Positions 39,669-48,350 are shown, counted from the stretch's first letter. The stretch: 64,000 bases of DNA from Pseudomonadota bacterium (GCA_040384265.1 JAZKJM010000005.1:501332-565331), one strand, 5' to 3'. A program made the numbers and translations. The notes: generated from the letters alone by a model not told the origin.

Positions 39669-40259
39669 ATGGCACGCAGAAGCGATAACACGCGGGAAGA
39701 GTTAAAGAAAATGGCTATCGAAGCAGGGCTCGATTTGCTTGAAGAGTCCGGCCCGGAGAAGCTTAGCGTCCGTAAAATCGCCGCCCGCATTGGCTACACG
39801 GTTGGCACCTTGTATAATGTATTCGATGATTTTGAAGATATCGTGCTTCACCTCAACGCCGCGACCTTGCACGACATGCATGCACAACTGGCCGCACTCG
39901 CCAACACTCGCAAAAAGCCCCAACAGCGCATTCTCGATTTTGCCCATTGCTACGGCGCCTATGCCCTCGCCCACCAGGCCCGGTGGAAGCTGCTGCACCA
40001 ATCCTCGCGCGTCACAAAATTACCCGAGTGGTTTTTAAGCGATGTGCACCATATTTTTGCTTTGGTGGATGCACCATTGAAGGAACTATCCAAACAAAAG
40101 CCCGCCATTACCAATGATGCCGCTAAAGTGCTATGGGCTGGGCTGCATGGCATCTGCGCCTTGAGTCTGAGCCAAAAACTGGAACGCCTGGAAGCAGGCC
40201 CCATGCACTTGCTGATCGATAATTTCGTCCAGCATTACATGAAAGGTTTAGAGGCCTAA
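39669..40259 (+). CDS. TetR/AcrR-family transcriptional regulator (TetR-3)
   Basis: Frame of ORF 39639..40259. ATG 39669 (MARRSDNTREELKKMAIEAG...). HTH LSVRKIAARIGYTVGTLYNVF. Same family as TetR-1. Confidence 0.85.
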   Translation: MARRSDNTREELKKMAIEAGLDLLEESGPEKLSVRKIAARIGYTVGTLYNVFDDFEDIVLHLNAATLHDMHAQLAALANTRKKPQQRILDFAHCYGAYALAHQARWKLLHQSSRVTKLPEWFLSDVHHIFALVDAPLKELSKQKPAITNDAAKVLWAGLHGICALSLSQKLERLEAGPMHLLIDNFVQHYMKGLEA

Positions 40260-40468
40260 CCCTATTATACTTTCAACAGCTTGAAGCTGATTTGATAACG
40301 GCAAAACTCGATATTGGGGTCATGGCTCATAGCTTTGCATACCGCGCCTTTGAACTGCATTGGACACGTCCGTTTGAGCAATCAATTTAGAAATTGCTAT
40401 CGGTTAGCAAACGCCGAGACAAAACAGCCGTTACTATCTTTGGAAACCGAATAATGGTTTTTCTCGGC

Positions 40469-40600
40469 CTAGTTCCGACCGATGGCACCCGAGTTGTTTG
40501 GCTTCTGGGCCAAGGCTGGCCCACTTATTATCCCCCGCGATTGCAGCGCTTTCATGATTTCATCAACAGTAATTTGGGTAATGCGGGGGTAGGAAAACCG
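40469..40600 (-). pseudogene. Decayed C-terminal remnant of a paralogue of the large EF-hand protein at 61265-64000
   Basis: Minus-strand translation ...ITQITVDEIMKALQSRGIISGPALAQKPNNSGAIGRN* aligns with the end of the big protein ...GQITADEIVKVLQSRGIVGQASPQQPRDSGTIGRG*. Nucleotide homology is visible (atcccccgcgattgcag... in both). There is no start codon or upstream coding continuity. Confidence 0.7.
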
Positions 40601-40663
40601 CAGGACCAGTGCGCTTGCACAATCCGACCTTACGGCCGCATTCGGGCCAGATACCTACAGTTT

Positions 40664-41224
40664 TCACCTATTTCTTGTGCAGCGCAGTTTCATTGCCTTG
40701 GCGATTTCTTGGGCCGCATGCGATGCCGCCTGATTAAATGCGTCCACGATTTGGGGCATGTGATTTTCAGCAGCAGGGATCTTTTCATTGATGTTCAGAC
40801 GTTGGATGACACGCTTTGAGACAGGATCATACAGGCTGCCTTGAATGCGCAAATGCACTACCGGGGCGTTGATATTGATGACATGGGCTTCACGGAGGGT
40901 CAGTTTCAGCACAGCCGCAGTATTATCGTCACTTTCAACATCCTGCCCGAGAGCATCGGTGATGAATGCTTGCAACTGGTCCGGAAGCGGCGATGCCCAA
41001 CTCGCGCCTGAATAATAGGTGAGATGGTTATTATCGAGCAGGATCGCCATGCGTTTCGTGTCATATTGGCTTGGTGCGACAGGGCGCGCGACGGCGATCA
41101 TTTTTGTCGGCCTGCACATGCTGCTATCGGCACTGTCCGCACGAAGCACATAAAGATCCGTAGCCGGCTTGCTGCCACAGGCAGTAAGGGTAAGTATGCC
41201 AATCATTGCGAGCATCGTTTTCAT
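40664..41224 (-). CDS. ABC-transport auxiliary lipoprotein (PqiC/YmbA-like, DUF330)
   Basis: 186 aa. Lipobox ILTLTAC. Last gene of the Mla/Pqi-like operon, with a 4-nt overlap with the MCE gene. Confidence 0.7.
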   Translation of the reverse strand: MKTMLAMIGILTLTACGSKPATDLYVLRADSADSSMCRPTKMIAVARPVAPSQYDTKRMAILLDNNHLTYYSGASWASPLPDQLQAFITDALGQDVESDDNTAAVLKLTLREAHVININAPVVHLRIQGSLYDPVSKRVIQRLNINEKIPAAENHMPQIVDAFNQAASHAAQEIAKAMKLRCTRNR

Positions 41225-41952
41225 GGTGCGGGAATCCCCTCTTCTTCGGCTGGAAAGAGCAGTGCTGCCGGGTCTTCGCTGATGTCTTCCAAACGGCCGG
41301 CCGCTTTGTCGAGATGACGCATCGCGGAGGACGCCGCACGCGTGCTGTCTCCGACATTCTTTTTGGCGTCGCGAGCAATCGTGCGCATTTCGCCCATGGC
41401 GGCATCGCCGTTTTGGACCATGCTACTCACGGATCGTAGGTTTTCATCGCTTACCAGGCGGTTAAAGCGGTCGACCGCCGCTGAGATTTTATCGAGCAAG
41501 ACGGGCACACGATCAATCAGTGCGTTCAAGCTGCTCTGCTCCGACGGAATCACAGGTATTTGTTTCTTGTCATGGTCCGATGTCACGAGATTGGGTTGCG
41601 CAGGATCACCACCGGAAAGCTCGATAAAGACCACGCCCGTTATGCCCTGTAGCTTCAAGTTTGCCTTCGTATCCACTTTTACCGGGGTGGATTTGAGCAA
41701 CAAAATATCAACCCGGATCAATCGTGAATCATCCGGATCGATGATGATGCTAAGCACATTACCAACCTTGACCCCACGAAATTTGACATCGCTCCCATTA
41801 CTCAAGCCACTGACGGACTCGGCAAAATGAATACGATATTGTTGATACTGACTGTCATCTCGCCCCGTTAGCCACATCATGAACATGAACAACGCAAGGG
41901 TGCCCCCCAGCACGAAAAGTCCAACGAGGAAATAATGCCGTTCATTCTCCAT
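41221..41952 (-). CDS. MlaD/MCE-domain protein
   Basis: 243 aa. N-terminal TM helix (YFLVGLFVLGGTLALFMFMMWL), MCE core VSGLSNGSDVKFRGVKVGNV. Confidence 0.8.
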   Translation of the reverse strand: MENERHYFLVGLFVLGGTLALFMFMMWLTGRDDSQYQQYRIHFAESVSGLSNGSDVKFRGVKVGNVLSIIIDPDDSRLIRVDILLLKSTPVKVDTKANLKLQGITGVVFIELSGGDPAQPNLVTSDHDKKQIPVIPSEQSSLNALIDRVPVLLDKISAAVDRFNRLVSDENLRSVSSMVQNGDAAMGEMRTIARDAKKNVGDSTRAASSAMRHLDKAAGRLEDISEDPAALLFPAEEEGIPAP

Positions 41953-42733
41953 CGATCACTGCCTTCCGTGCTGCTATTTTTGCACCATATGCGCGAGGCC
42001 CATGGAGATATTCCTGAATCCAAGGATGCTGATTCTCGAGCAGGACATCTAAGGATTCAATGATTAATTTATGGTCAACCAACACAGCCACACGTGTGCA
42101 GATCGAAAATAACGTGTCCAGATCATGCGTGACCATAATAATAGTGACGCCGAGCGTTTTATTAAGCATCACGATCATCTGATCAAAGGCGGTCGCACTC
42201 ACGGGGTCGAGGCCTGCCGTCGGCTCATCGAGAAACAGGATCGGCGGATCGAGCGCCAGCGCCCGCGCAAGGCTCACCCGTTTGGTCATGCCCCCCGAGA
42301 GTTGGGACGGGTATTTTTCGCCCACCTCCGGCTCCAACCCTACTAGCGCCAGTTTGAATGCCGCCAATTGCCTGCAATCCGCCTGACTCAGCTTCGTATG
42401 TTCGCTCAGCGGAAGCATAATGTTCTGTGTTACCGTGAGCCCGGAAAATAAGGCTCCTTCCTGGAAAAGAACCCCGAACATGCTGGCACGTTTACTCGGC
42501 TTAATCGCATGCAATTTTTTGCCCTTCAGCGTGATCGTGCCCGTGGTGGGCGTTCGTAGTCCGGTCATGGTCTTCAGCATCACGGATTTGCCCGAACCCG
42601 ACTCGCCCACAATCCCGATAATTTCACCCTGGTTGATGGTGAAGCTAATATCGTCATGAATGAGCTGCTTGCCAAAACGATTGGTGATGTTTTGCGCGTG
42701 AAGGATGGTTTTTTCTGCAGCTTCGGCCATCAT
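41942..42733 (-). CDS. ABC transporter ATP-binding protein, MlaF-like
   Basis: Walker A GESGSGKS, signature LSGGMTKR, Walker B ILFLDEPTAGLD. Confidence 0.85.
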   Translation of the reverse strand: MMAEAAEKTILHAQNITNRFGKQLIHDDISFTINQGEIIGIVGESGSGKSVMLKTMTGLRTPTTGTITLKGKKLHAIKPSKRASMFGVLFQEGALFSGLTVTQNIMLPLSEHTKLSQADCRQLAAFKLALVGLEPEVGEKYPSQLSGGMTKRVSLARALALDPPILFLDEPTAGLDPVSATAFDQMIVMLNKTLGVTIIMVTHDLDTLFSICTRVAVLVDHKLIIESLDVLLENQHPWIQEYLHGPRAYGAKIAARKAVIDGE

Positions 42734-43824
42734 ATGCCCACCTGCTGGAAGAAGATGGAAAACAATGCATCAATGACCAGCACCAGAAAAATAGAATGCA
42801 CAACGGAGGCGGTGGTCTCGATGCCGACACTTTCCGCGGAGCCTGCAACCTTCATCCCATGCATGCAGGCGACGAGCCCGATAAAAAATGCGAATACGGG
42901 CGCTTTCACCATGCCAACGAATAAGGCATTCCCATTGGCAGCGATGATCTGAACCTGGTCAACATATTGGCCGAAGTCTATGCCGATCAACAGCTTGCTT
43001 AGCAATGCGCCCCCCAGCAATCCCATCATATTAGCAAGGAATGCGAGCAGTGGTAACGCGATGACAATGGCAATCACGCGTGGGATGACCAGTAACTCGA
43101 ACGGGTCGATGCCGATCGCTTTTAATGCGTCCACCTCTTCCCGGATTTTCATCACGCCTATTTCTGCCGTAAATGCACTGCCGGACCGGCCAGCGACCAT
43201 GATCGCGGTGAGCAGGACGCCCATCTCGCGCAATACGGAGATCGTGATGAGATTAATGGTAAACCGTTGTGCGCCCAGCGGCCTCAGTTGCTCCGCGCTC
43301 TGGTAGGCCAGAACAATGCTGATCAGAAACGCGATCAGTGCAATGATCGGCATCGCATTGATGCCTATTTGCTCAATATGGTGGGTCACTTCCCCGAAGC
43401 GCAATCGACGCGGACGCGCAAACGTCTTCACGAGAGAAACGGTGGCCTGCCCGAGGAACACAATCAATTCTCGCGCTGTCCGTAGCGCATTCAATGTGCC
43501 TTTGCCGGTGCGAATAATAGGTGCTGCCATACTAAAGCGGCTGCGCGCCGGTTTCTGCTTCGCTGTGGGTTGCGCGCTTTCAAACAATTCATAGAGTTCA
43601 CGGTAGGGAGACTGCAGGTTCTCAAGTGCAATATTTTTTTGCACCCATTGATGCAGAAGCATCGCACCTGCCGTGTCTAATTTCGTCATGCCACTAAGAT
43701 CGATCGTATGTATCGAAGCGAATTTCTTTAACTGATGTCTCACTTTAATCATGTTGGTGAGTTCCAGAGGTCCCCCAAAATGGACGACACCGTCACGGTC
43801 ACTTTGAACTAAAGTAAATGGCAT
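42730..43824 (-). CDS. MlaE-family ABC permease with N-terminal STAS domain
   Basis: 364 aa. The first ~100 aa are (MPFTLVQSDRDGVVHFGGPLELTNM...IDLSGMTKLDTAGAMLL), an anti-sigma-antagonist/STAS-like fold pattern. The remainder is a 5-TM MlaE permease. Confidence 0.75.
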   Translation of the reverse strand: MPFTLVQSDRDGVVHFGGPLELTNMIKVRHQLKKFASIHTIDLSGMTKLDTAGAMLLHQWVQKNIALENLQSPYRELYELFESAQPTAKQKPARSRFSMAAPIIRTGKGTLNALRTARELIVFLGQATVSLVKTFARPRRLRFGEVTHHIEQIGINAMPIIALIAFLISIVLAYQSAEQLRPLGAQRFTINLITISVLREMGVLLTAIMVAGRSGSAFTAEIGVMKIREEVDALKAIGIDPFELLVIPRVIAIVIALPLLAFLANMMGLLGGALLSKLLIGIDFGQYVDQVQIIAANGNALFVGMVKAPVFAFFIGLVACMHGMKVAGSAESVGIETTASVVHSIFLVLVIDALFSIFFQQVGI

Positions 43825-43944
43825 TCTTCCCCATCTTTTTTCTATTCTTCCATCATTTCACGTTTATGCGCGCGCAACGGAAGCTCTAGCTTTTCGGCTT
43901 TCAATGTATGAGCCCGCACATCGACTTGGCATCCTATTGTTATG

Positions 43945-43975
43945 CAATAAATATTTTCGCTAAAAATATTTATTG
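43945..43975. promoter_or_regulatory. Perfect 13-bp AT-rich inverted repeat (CAATAAATATTTT-N5-AAAATATTTATTG)
   Basis: Read directly. It lies ~120 nt upstream of the STAS-MlaE start and ~145 nt downstream of the orphan RTX module. It could be an operator or a weak bidirectional terminator. Confidence 0.3.
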
Positions 43976-44118
43976 GATAGAAAGTGGGATAGATTCTTTG
44001 TAAACTGTAGTCAGTAGCATCCTAACTTATTCTCTGGACCAATGATAGCAGACAGGAAACCAGACCGAAGCGGACGAGCTAGCATATCAAGCACTGTTTA
44101 TCCAGCATAACTCATGCA

Positions 44119-44355
44119 TCACGCATGCAGAATATCCGCATTGGTGAGGATGAGGGCCGCCTTAATAATCAGGTCGAAATCATGGCCATCCGTCAGGTGG
44201 GTTTGTCCGAAGCTGATATATTGGCCCAGATGCCCCGCCTGCGGTATTGCGGTAGTATCCATGGCGGTAAAGCCCAGCAGCGCGCTCACATCGATCCTAT
44301 CGTGGCCTTGCGCGAAGTCGGTAATCACATCCGCATCGCCAGCGCGTGAATCCAA
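44119..44355 (-). pseudogene. Orphan RTX C-terminal (T1SS secretion-domain-like) module; either a remnant or a small stand-alone peptide
   Basis: 78 codons from a TTG start: DSRAGDADVITDFAQGHDRIDVSALLG...DFDLIIKAALILTNADILHA*. This is the DxxxDF-xxG-D-xID-xS pattern seen at the end of RTX/serralysin-type proteins. It has no nonapeptide repeats or body. It is preceded by its own promoter-like unit. Confidence 0.5.
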
Positions 44356-44422
44356 CGACCAGAATCAAAGTGATACCGATGTACGATGCACGTTCGAGGT
44401 ATTCTTACCTTTATTTCCGCCG

Positions 44423-44451
44423 ACGTTAATCATGGATTTCTTATTGGTCAA
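44423..44451 (-). promoter_or_regulatory. Sigma70-like promoter upstream of the orphan RTX module (TTGACC-N17-TAACGT)
   Basis: Minus-strand reading ccggTTGACCaataagaaatccatgatTAACGTcgg. The ~95-nt unit is homologous to the one at 45055-45150. Confidence 0.35.
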
Positions 44452-44501
44452 CCGGAGATTGAATACCGAATTTCTTATTTACGCATTGCGCATCGCCGCT
44501 G

Positions 44502-45041
44502 CTATAATGGGAAACACCCACGATTATCCGTATATTCCGTATCTGGAGATTCAGCAGTCGAATACGTCACATCGTGCGGTGCAATTGCGGCATGCGCAGG
44601 AAAAGACACCATCACCCGAACATGCATTGTTTTTACACACGGCGCAGGCGCCCGGCTTTTGCTATAGTTGCAATGCCACTGAGCGCTGTCTTGACGGCAA
44701 GAAAAATCATGTTTTTCCAGTTCGAGAATAAATTGCTCAGACTGTGCGGGCAAAAACTTGGATAAATACTCTTGAATGCGTTGTTCGGGGCGAGAGCAGT
44801 CAGGCTGCCCAAGCGTCACCCGACATCCCTTTTCATTGTATCCTCCAAACCCATCGACTGCTTTCCAAATCGGGTCTGGTTCAGGCAATTTTCCTATTAA
44901 TACATCGCATCCCGCGAGCATCATCAGCATAGCGAATCCAGCGGATGCAGCTAAAAAACCGGAAGCACCATAACCACACCGAAAAAACCGTGTCGTACGG
45001 CACATAGAGCCCATTAAAAAGCGATCACTCGCGCTTGCCAT
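44502..45041 (-). CDS. Cys-rich lipoprotein of unknown function
   Basis: Frame of ORF 44502..45053. ATG 45041. Lipobox LMMLAGC. The mature part has 7 further Cys. No recognised domain. Confidence 0.6.
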   Translation of the reverse strand: MASASDRFLMGSMCRTTRFFRCGYGASGFLAASAGFAMLMMLAGCDVLIGKLPEPDPIWKAVDGFGGYNEKGCRVTLGQPDCSRPEQRIQEYLSKFLPAQSEQFILELEKHDFSCRQDSAQWHCNYSKSRAPAPCVKTMHVRVMVSFPAHAAIAPHDVTYSTAESPDTEYTDNRGCFPL

Positions 45042-45103
45042 ACCCAACCCCAAGTAACGACGTGCGATGCATGTTCGAGGTATTATTATTGTTGCTGCGG
45101 CCG

Positions 45104-45132
45104 ACGCTAATCAAGGACTCCTTATGCGTCAA
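45104..45132 (-). promoter_or_regulatory. Sigma70-like promoter of the lipoprotein gene (TTGACG-N17-TAGCGT)
   Basis: Minus-strand reading ccggTTGACGcataaggagtccttgatTAGCGTcgg. The leader ...aatacctcgaacatgcatcgcacgtcg is shared with the unit at 44370-44470. Confidence 0.35.
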
Positions 45133-45303
45133 CCGGAGACTATATAGTGCCTCGCTTATGCAATGCGCAGCTCGTATTCTCTAAAAGCTTCCATTGATTG
45201 CGGTGTTAAACCTGCCTGATCCCCCCAACGCGCACGAGACTGATCACGATTAAGATCGGGTGAGCAATACATTGCTTGCCCCTACCACCCCTTATACCGC
45301 TTC

Positions 45304-45729
45304 CTAAGTTCTCTCTAAATACTGTTTAAAGGCTTTTATGGTCGCGTGCGCTTGCGGCGCTACCATGGTGCCAGCCAGGAGTTCGATGATGGGGTTGGCG
45401 AATTGGCAGTTAAGTGCATAATTTAAACGCGCTGCATCGTTGCCCACGGGTACAAAATCGCAGCGCGAGGCAAATGTTTTGAACAATGTGTTCGTAGAAG
45501 TTACCGCGATAGAAACGTTTTTTTCGTAAGCAATATCGCAGGTATGGGTGAAACGTAGCATGCTTAACCCTAGAACGAGCGTAACCTTCATGGAGTTGCT
45601 CGTATGCGATAGGATACGAACAGCTTTGATATAAGGGAGAATGGTTGGATAGTTTTCCAGATCCATCGCCACATCGAATATTCTGGCAGCGGGATGGGGC
45701 AGCGTTTCTTCTCCTTTAATGTGGGGCAT
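45304..45729 (-). CDS. SRPBCC/START-fold protein (RatA/Coq10-like)
   Basis: 141 aa. ...HPAARIFDVAMDLENYPTILPYIKAVRIL... is typical of the polyketide-cyclase/Coq10/RatA family. Overlaps the desaturase stop by 14 nt. Confidence 0.7.
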   Translation of the reverse strand: MPHIKGEETLPHPAARIFDVAMDLENYPTILPYIKAVRILSHTSNSMKVTLVLGLSMLRFTHTCDIAYEKNVSIAVTSTNTLFKTFASRCDFVPVGNDAARLNYALNCQFANPIIELLAGTMVAPQAHATIKAFKQYLERT

Positions 45730-46696
45730 GCTGGATTCCTGAACGCTTTTGTTGGATCGTCAACGTGCCTCTTGCCCGCTCGGTGATGGGCGTGATGCCT
45801 GCACGCGGGGGCAATTTATCAGGCGTTTGAATGTTTGAGGCCAGACCAAGACGTTCCAGTAATCTTACAAATTGATAGCCTATATCGATTTGCCCGGGGT
45901 AAACGCCATGCCGCGCCGAGGCAGGGAATGCGTGATGATTATTATGCCAGCATTCGCCCATCGACGGAATGGCCGCCCAATGCACATTGCGCGCCTGCAC
46001 GGCCCCATCATCGACCAGCCAATCTTGCGAGCCATGCGTGTGGCAAAGATAACCGACGAACCAATGCATATGTACCCCCGCAGCCACTCGCGCCACCACG
46101 CCCCACATCACCCACGGCCAGCCGCCAACCGCGTAGAAAATTATCGCGAGTGGCAGTTGGTGCCACATCCACGTGCGTTGCAGAAAGATGTAGAACCAAT
46201 CATCAGCAATGCCTTTACCTGCATCAAACGTCGGCGGATGATCGAGTTTCAACGTGTAATGCAGGTTCCATAATCCATCATTGAGGATACCGTCGCCATG
46301 GCACAAATACGGATGGCAATGGCGCTGGCGTTGCGCCCAATCCCGAATATCATGAGAGCGTATGACCCAAAATGGACCATGCATGCCCACAAGCACGCCC
46401 AGATACACCAATACCCTTTCCACCCATTTAGGACACTCGAAGGTTCGATGAATTAATCGGCGGTGGAACCCGACCGAGTGGCCGCAGCACAAGGTGATTT
46501 CTAGCCCGATCAGAAATACAGCGAAAGCACCCCATGTAAAGAAAAAGGGAGCAATGAAGAGAGCCCCAAACAGCATGCTGCCATTCCAGATGGAGCGCGC
46601 CGCATCCCACGTAACTTTGCCGTGTAGCGGATCGACCTGCGGACCTATTTCCAAGGAGTTTACTTTGTATACGTCGTTGGCTGTTATCGGATGCAT
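45716..46696 (-). CDS. Membrane fatty-acid (acyl-CoA/acyl-lipid) desaturase
   Basis: 326 aa. His boxes GHSVGFHRRLIH and WHNNHHAFPASARHG. N-terminal TM pairs. Confidence 0.8.
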   Translation of the reverse strand: MHPITANDVYKVNSLEIGPQVDPLHGKVTWDAARSIWNGSMLFGALFIAPFFFTWGAFAVFLIGLEITLCCGHSVGFHRRLIHRTFECPKWVERVLVYLGVLVGMHGPFWVIRSHDIRDWAQRQRHCHPYLCHGDGILNDGLWNLHYTLKLDHPPTFDAGKGIADDWFYIFLQRTWMWHQLPLAIIFYAVGGWPWVMWGVVARVAAGVHMHWFVGYLCHTHGSQDWLVDDGAVQARNVHWAAIPSMGECWHNNHHAFPASARHGVYPGQIDIGYQFVRLLERLGLASNIQTPDKLPPRAGITPITERARGTLTIQQKRSGIQHAPH

Positions 46697-46718
46697 AGCG
46701 ATACTTTCTGTATACTAT

Positions 46719-47132
46719 TTAGGCCTGATAAAGATTATTTATTTTCCTAACACCTTTCAGTTTTAGCATAAGATTGCGTGCGCCACGAAATGACGGATAA
46801 AGCAGTGCCGAGAGCCGCTTTGATTTAAAAAGTGCCGTGTTTATTCGGTTAAACCAGCCCGAACGCGTACCCAGCAACGCCATGATATGCAGTGCATCCA
46901 CGCCATGGTAGAGCACCTGCTCCAATTTGATGACCATGCCCTCGTCCAAATTGATCCCGCGTGCATTGATTTCATCCATCAGCGGATGGTTGGGATGCTC
47001 GCGTGCGTCAAGCAGATGAAGTGTTCCGGCAGCTTGTTTGATACGAAAATGTGTCGCCCCCATCAGGCAGAGCGGGCATTGGCCATCGTAGACGAACCAC
47101 ACGTGGCGGTCTGCTAGTTCGGTCATCATCAT
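46719..47132 (-). CDS. DCC-family thiol-disulfide oxidoreductase (DUF393)
   Basis: 137 aa. FVYDGQCPLCLMGATHF contains the DCC CxxC motif. Confidence 0.75.
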   Translation of the reverse strand: MMMTELADRHVWFVYDGQCPLCLMGATHFRIKQAAGTLHLLDAREHPNHPLMDEINARGINLDEGMVIKLEQVLYHGVDALHIMALLGTRSGWFNRINTALFKSKRLSALLYPSFRGARNLMLKLKGVRKINNLYQA

Positions 47133-47236
47133 CCCCCTTGTGCTGCTAGCAGATTCACGCTATATTTAGTTAGTAAGCTAAATGTCTCACAGGAAAGTCA
47201 TTTAGTCAATAGGCTAATTATCTATAAGGCGGCGTC

Positions 47237-47548
47237 ATGGAGAAAGTATTTCAGGCCCTTTCATCTGCGGTACGGCGGAAAATTCTAGCGTATCTTTCCA
47301 GTAGCAGCATGACAGCAGGAGAAATTGCTGAGCGCTTTGACATCACAAAACCGTCTCTTTCTAAGCATCTCAGCATTTTAGAGAATGCTAAGCTAATCCA
47401 TGGTGAAAAGAAGGGGCAATTTATCCATTACAGCCTTGTGCAGGATAATTTGGTGAATACACTGAATGGGTTCGTGCAAGAGATATGTCCCGTTTCACGT
47501 CCACTGCGAAAAGAAAGCCGTGGCAAAATCAAGGGTACTGGAACGTAG
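47237..47548 (+). CDS. ArsR/SmtB-family transcriptional regulator
   Basis: 103 aa. ALSSAVRRKILAYL...MTAGEIAERFDITKPSLSKHLSILENAKLI. Divergent from the DCC-desaturase operon. Confidence 0.8.
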   Translation: MEKVFQALSSAVRRKILAYLSSSSMTAGEIAERFDITKPSLSKHLSILENAKLIHGEKKGQFIHYSLVQDNLVNTLNGFVQEICPVSRPLRKESRGKIKGTGT

Positions 47549-47558
47549 AGGTGATTAT

Positions 47559-48350
47559 CTACTGCTCAAACTGATTCATATCCATTTGTGCTTCCAGCTT
47601 CGAAATACGCAAGTCCGGATCTGGATGGGTACTAAAGAAAGCGGGGCCGCCACGAGCACCGCTTGCCTGTTTCAGGATATGAAGTACTTCTAACATTGCG
47701 CGTGGATCGTAGCCAGCCCGTGGCATGAACCGCAAAGCAAGAGCATCCGATTCAAGTTCATCCGCACGGCCATAACGCAGATTGATAAGCTGGCCTGCAA
47801 CAGAGGCAATCTGGCCGCTATTGGCGTCCCCACTAGCAACGACCACCGCGCCTGTGAGTCCTTGTGTCAATTGTTGCTTGGCCAGCTGTGCAGCGCTGTG
47901 ACGGCCTGCGACATGTCCTATTTCATGCGCAAGCACACCAGCAAGCTGGTCGGCGCTTTTCAATCGTTTCAACAGGCCCTGAGTAATGAAAATCTGGCCG
48001 CCAGGTAGGGCGAAAGCGTTAATAGTCTTGCTGTCCCCCAAGAGATGGAACTGGAAGCGCCATTGTGAAATATCTGCCTGATTGGCCGCGAAAAGCTTTG
48101 CTCCTACCGATGCTACACGAGTGGATGCCGTTTGGTCCTTAGAAAGCCCACCATACTGGTTGGCCATCGCGGGCGCAGCTTGCAGGCCGAGAGCGATTTC
48201 TTGCTTCGTGCTCATCGCTAGATATTGTGTTTTGCCAGTGACGCTATTGGTTTCTTGTGAGCTGCAATAAGAGACAAGGACAATGGCTGCAATGAGCAGA
48301 CCCATACCGAGACTACCGCGCCGACGCGGACTTTGAGAAATGTACATCAT
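47559..48350 (-). CDS. M48-family zinc metallopeptidase
   Basis: 263 aa. N-terminal signal/anchor, HEIGHVAGRH (HExxH), and a downstream E (RADELESD). Confidence 0.8.
   Translation of the reverse strand: MMYISQSPRRRGSLGMGLLIAAIVLVSYCSSQETNSVTGKTQYLAMSTKQEIALGLQAAPAMANQYGGLSKDQTASTRVASVGAKLFAANQADISQWRFQFHLLGDSKTINAFALPGGQIFITQGLLKRLKSADQLAGVLAHEIGHVAGRHSAAQLAKQQLTQGLTGAVVVASGDANSGQIASVAGQLINLRYGRADELESDALALRFMPRAGYDPRAMLEVLHILKQASGARGGPAFFSTHPDPDLRISKLEAQMDMNQFEQ

Noticed and set aside
40394-40819. 141-aa plus-strand ORF in the 40.3-40.8 kb region
   Set aside because: It runs antisense through the EF-hand-protein remnant and into the PqiC-like lipoprotein gene. It has no motif, and the minus-strand homology explains the sequence better.
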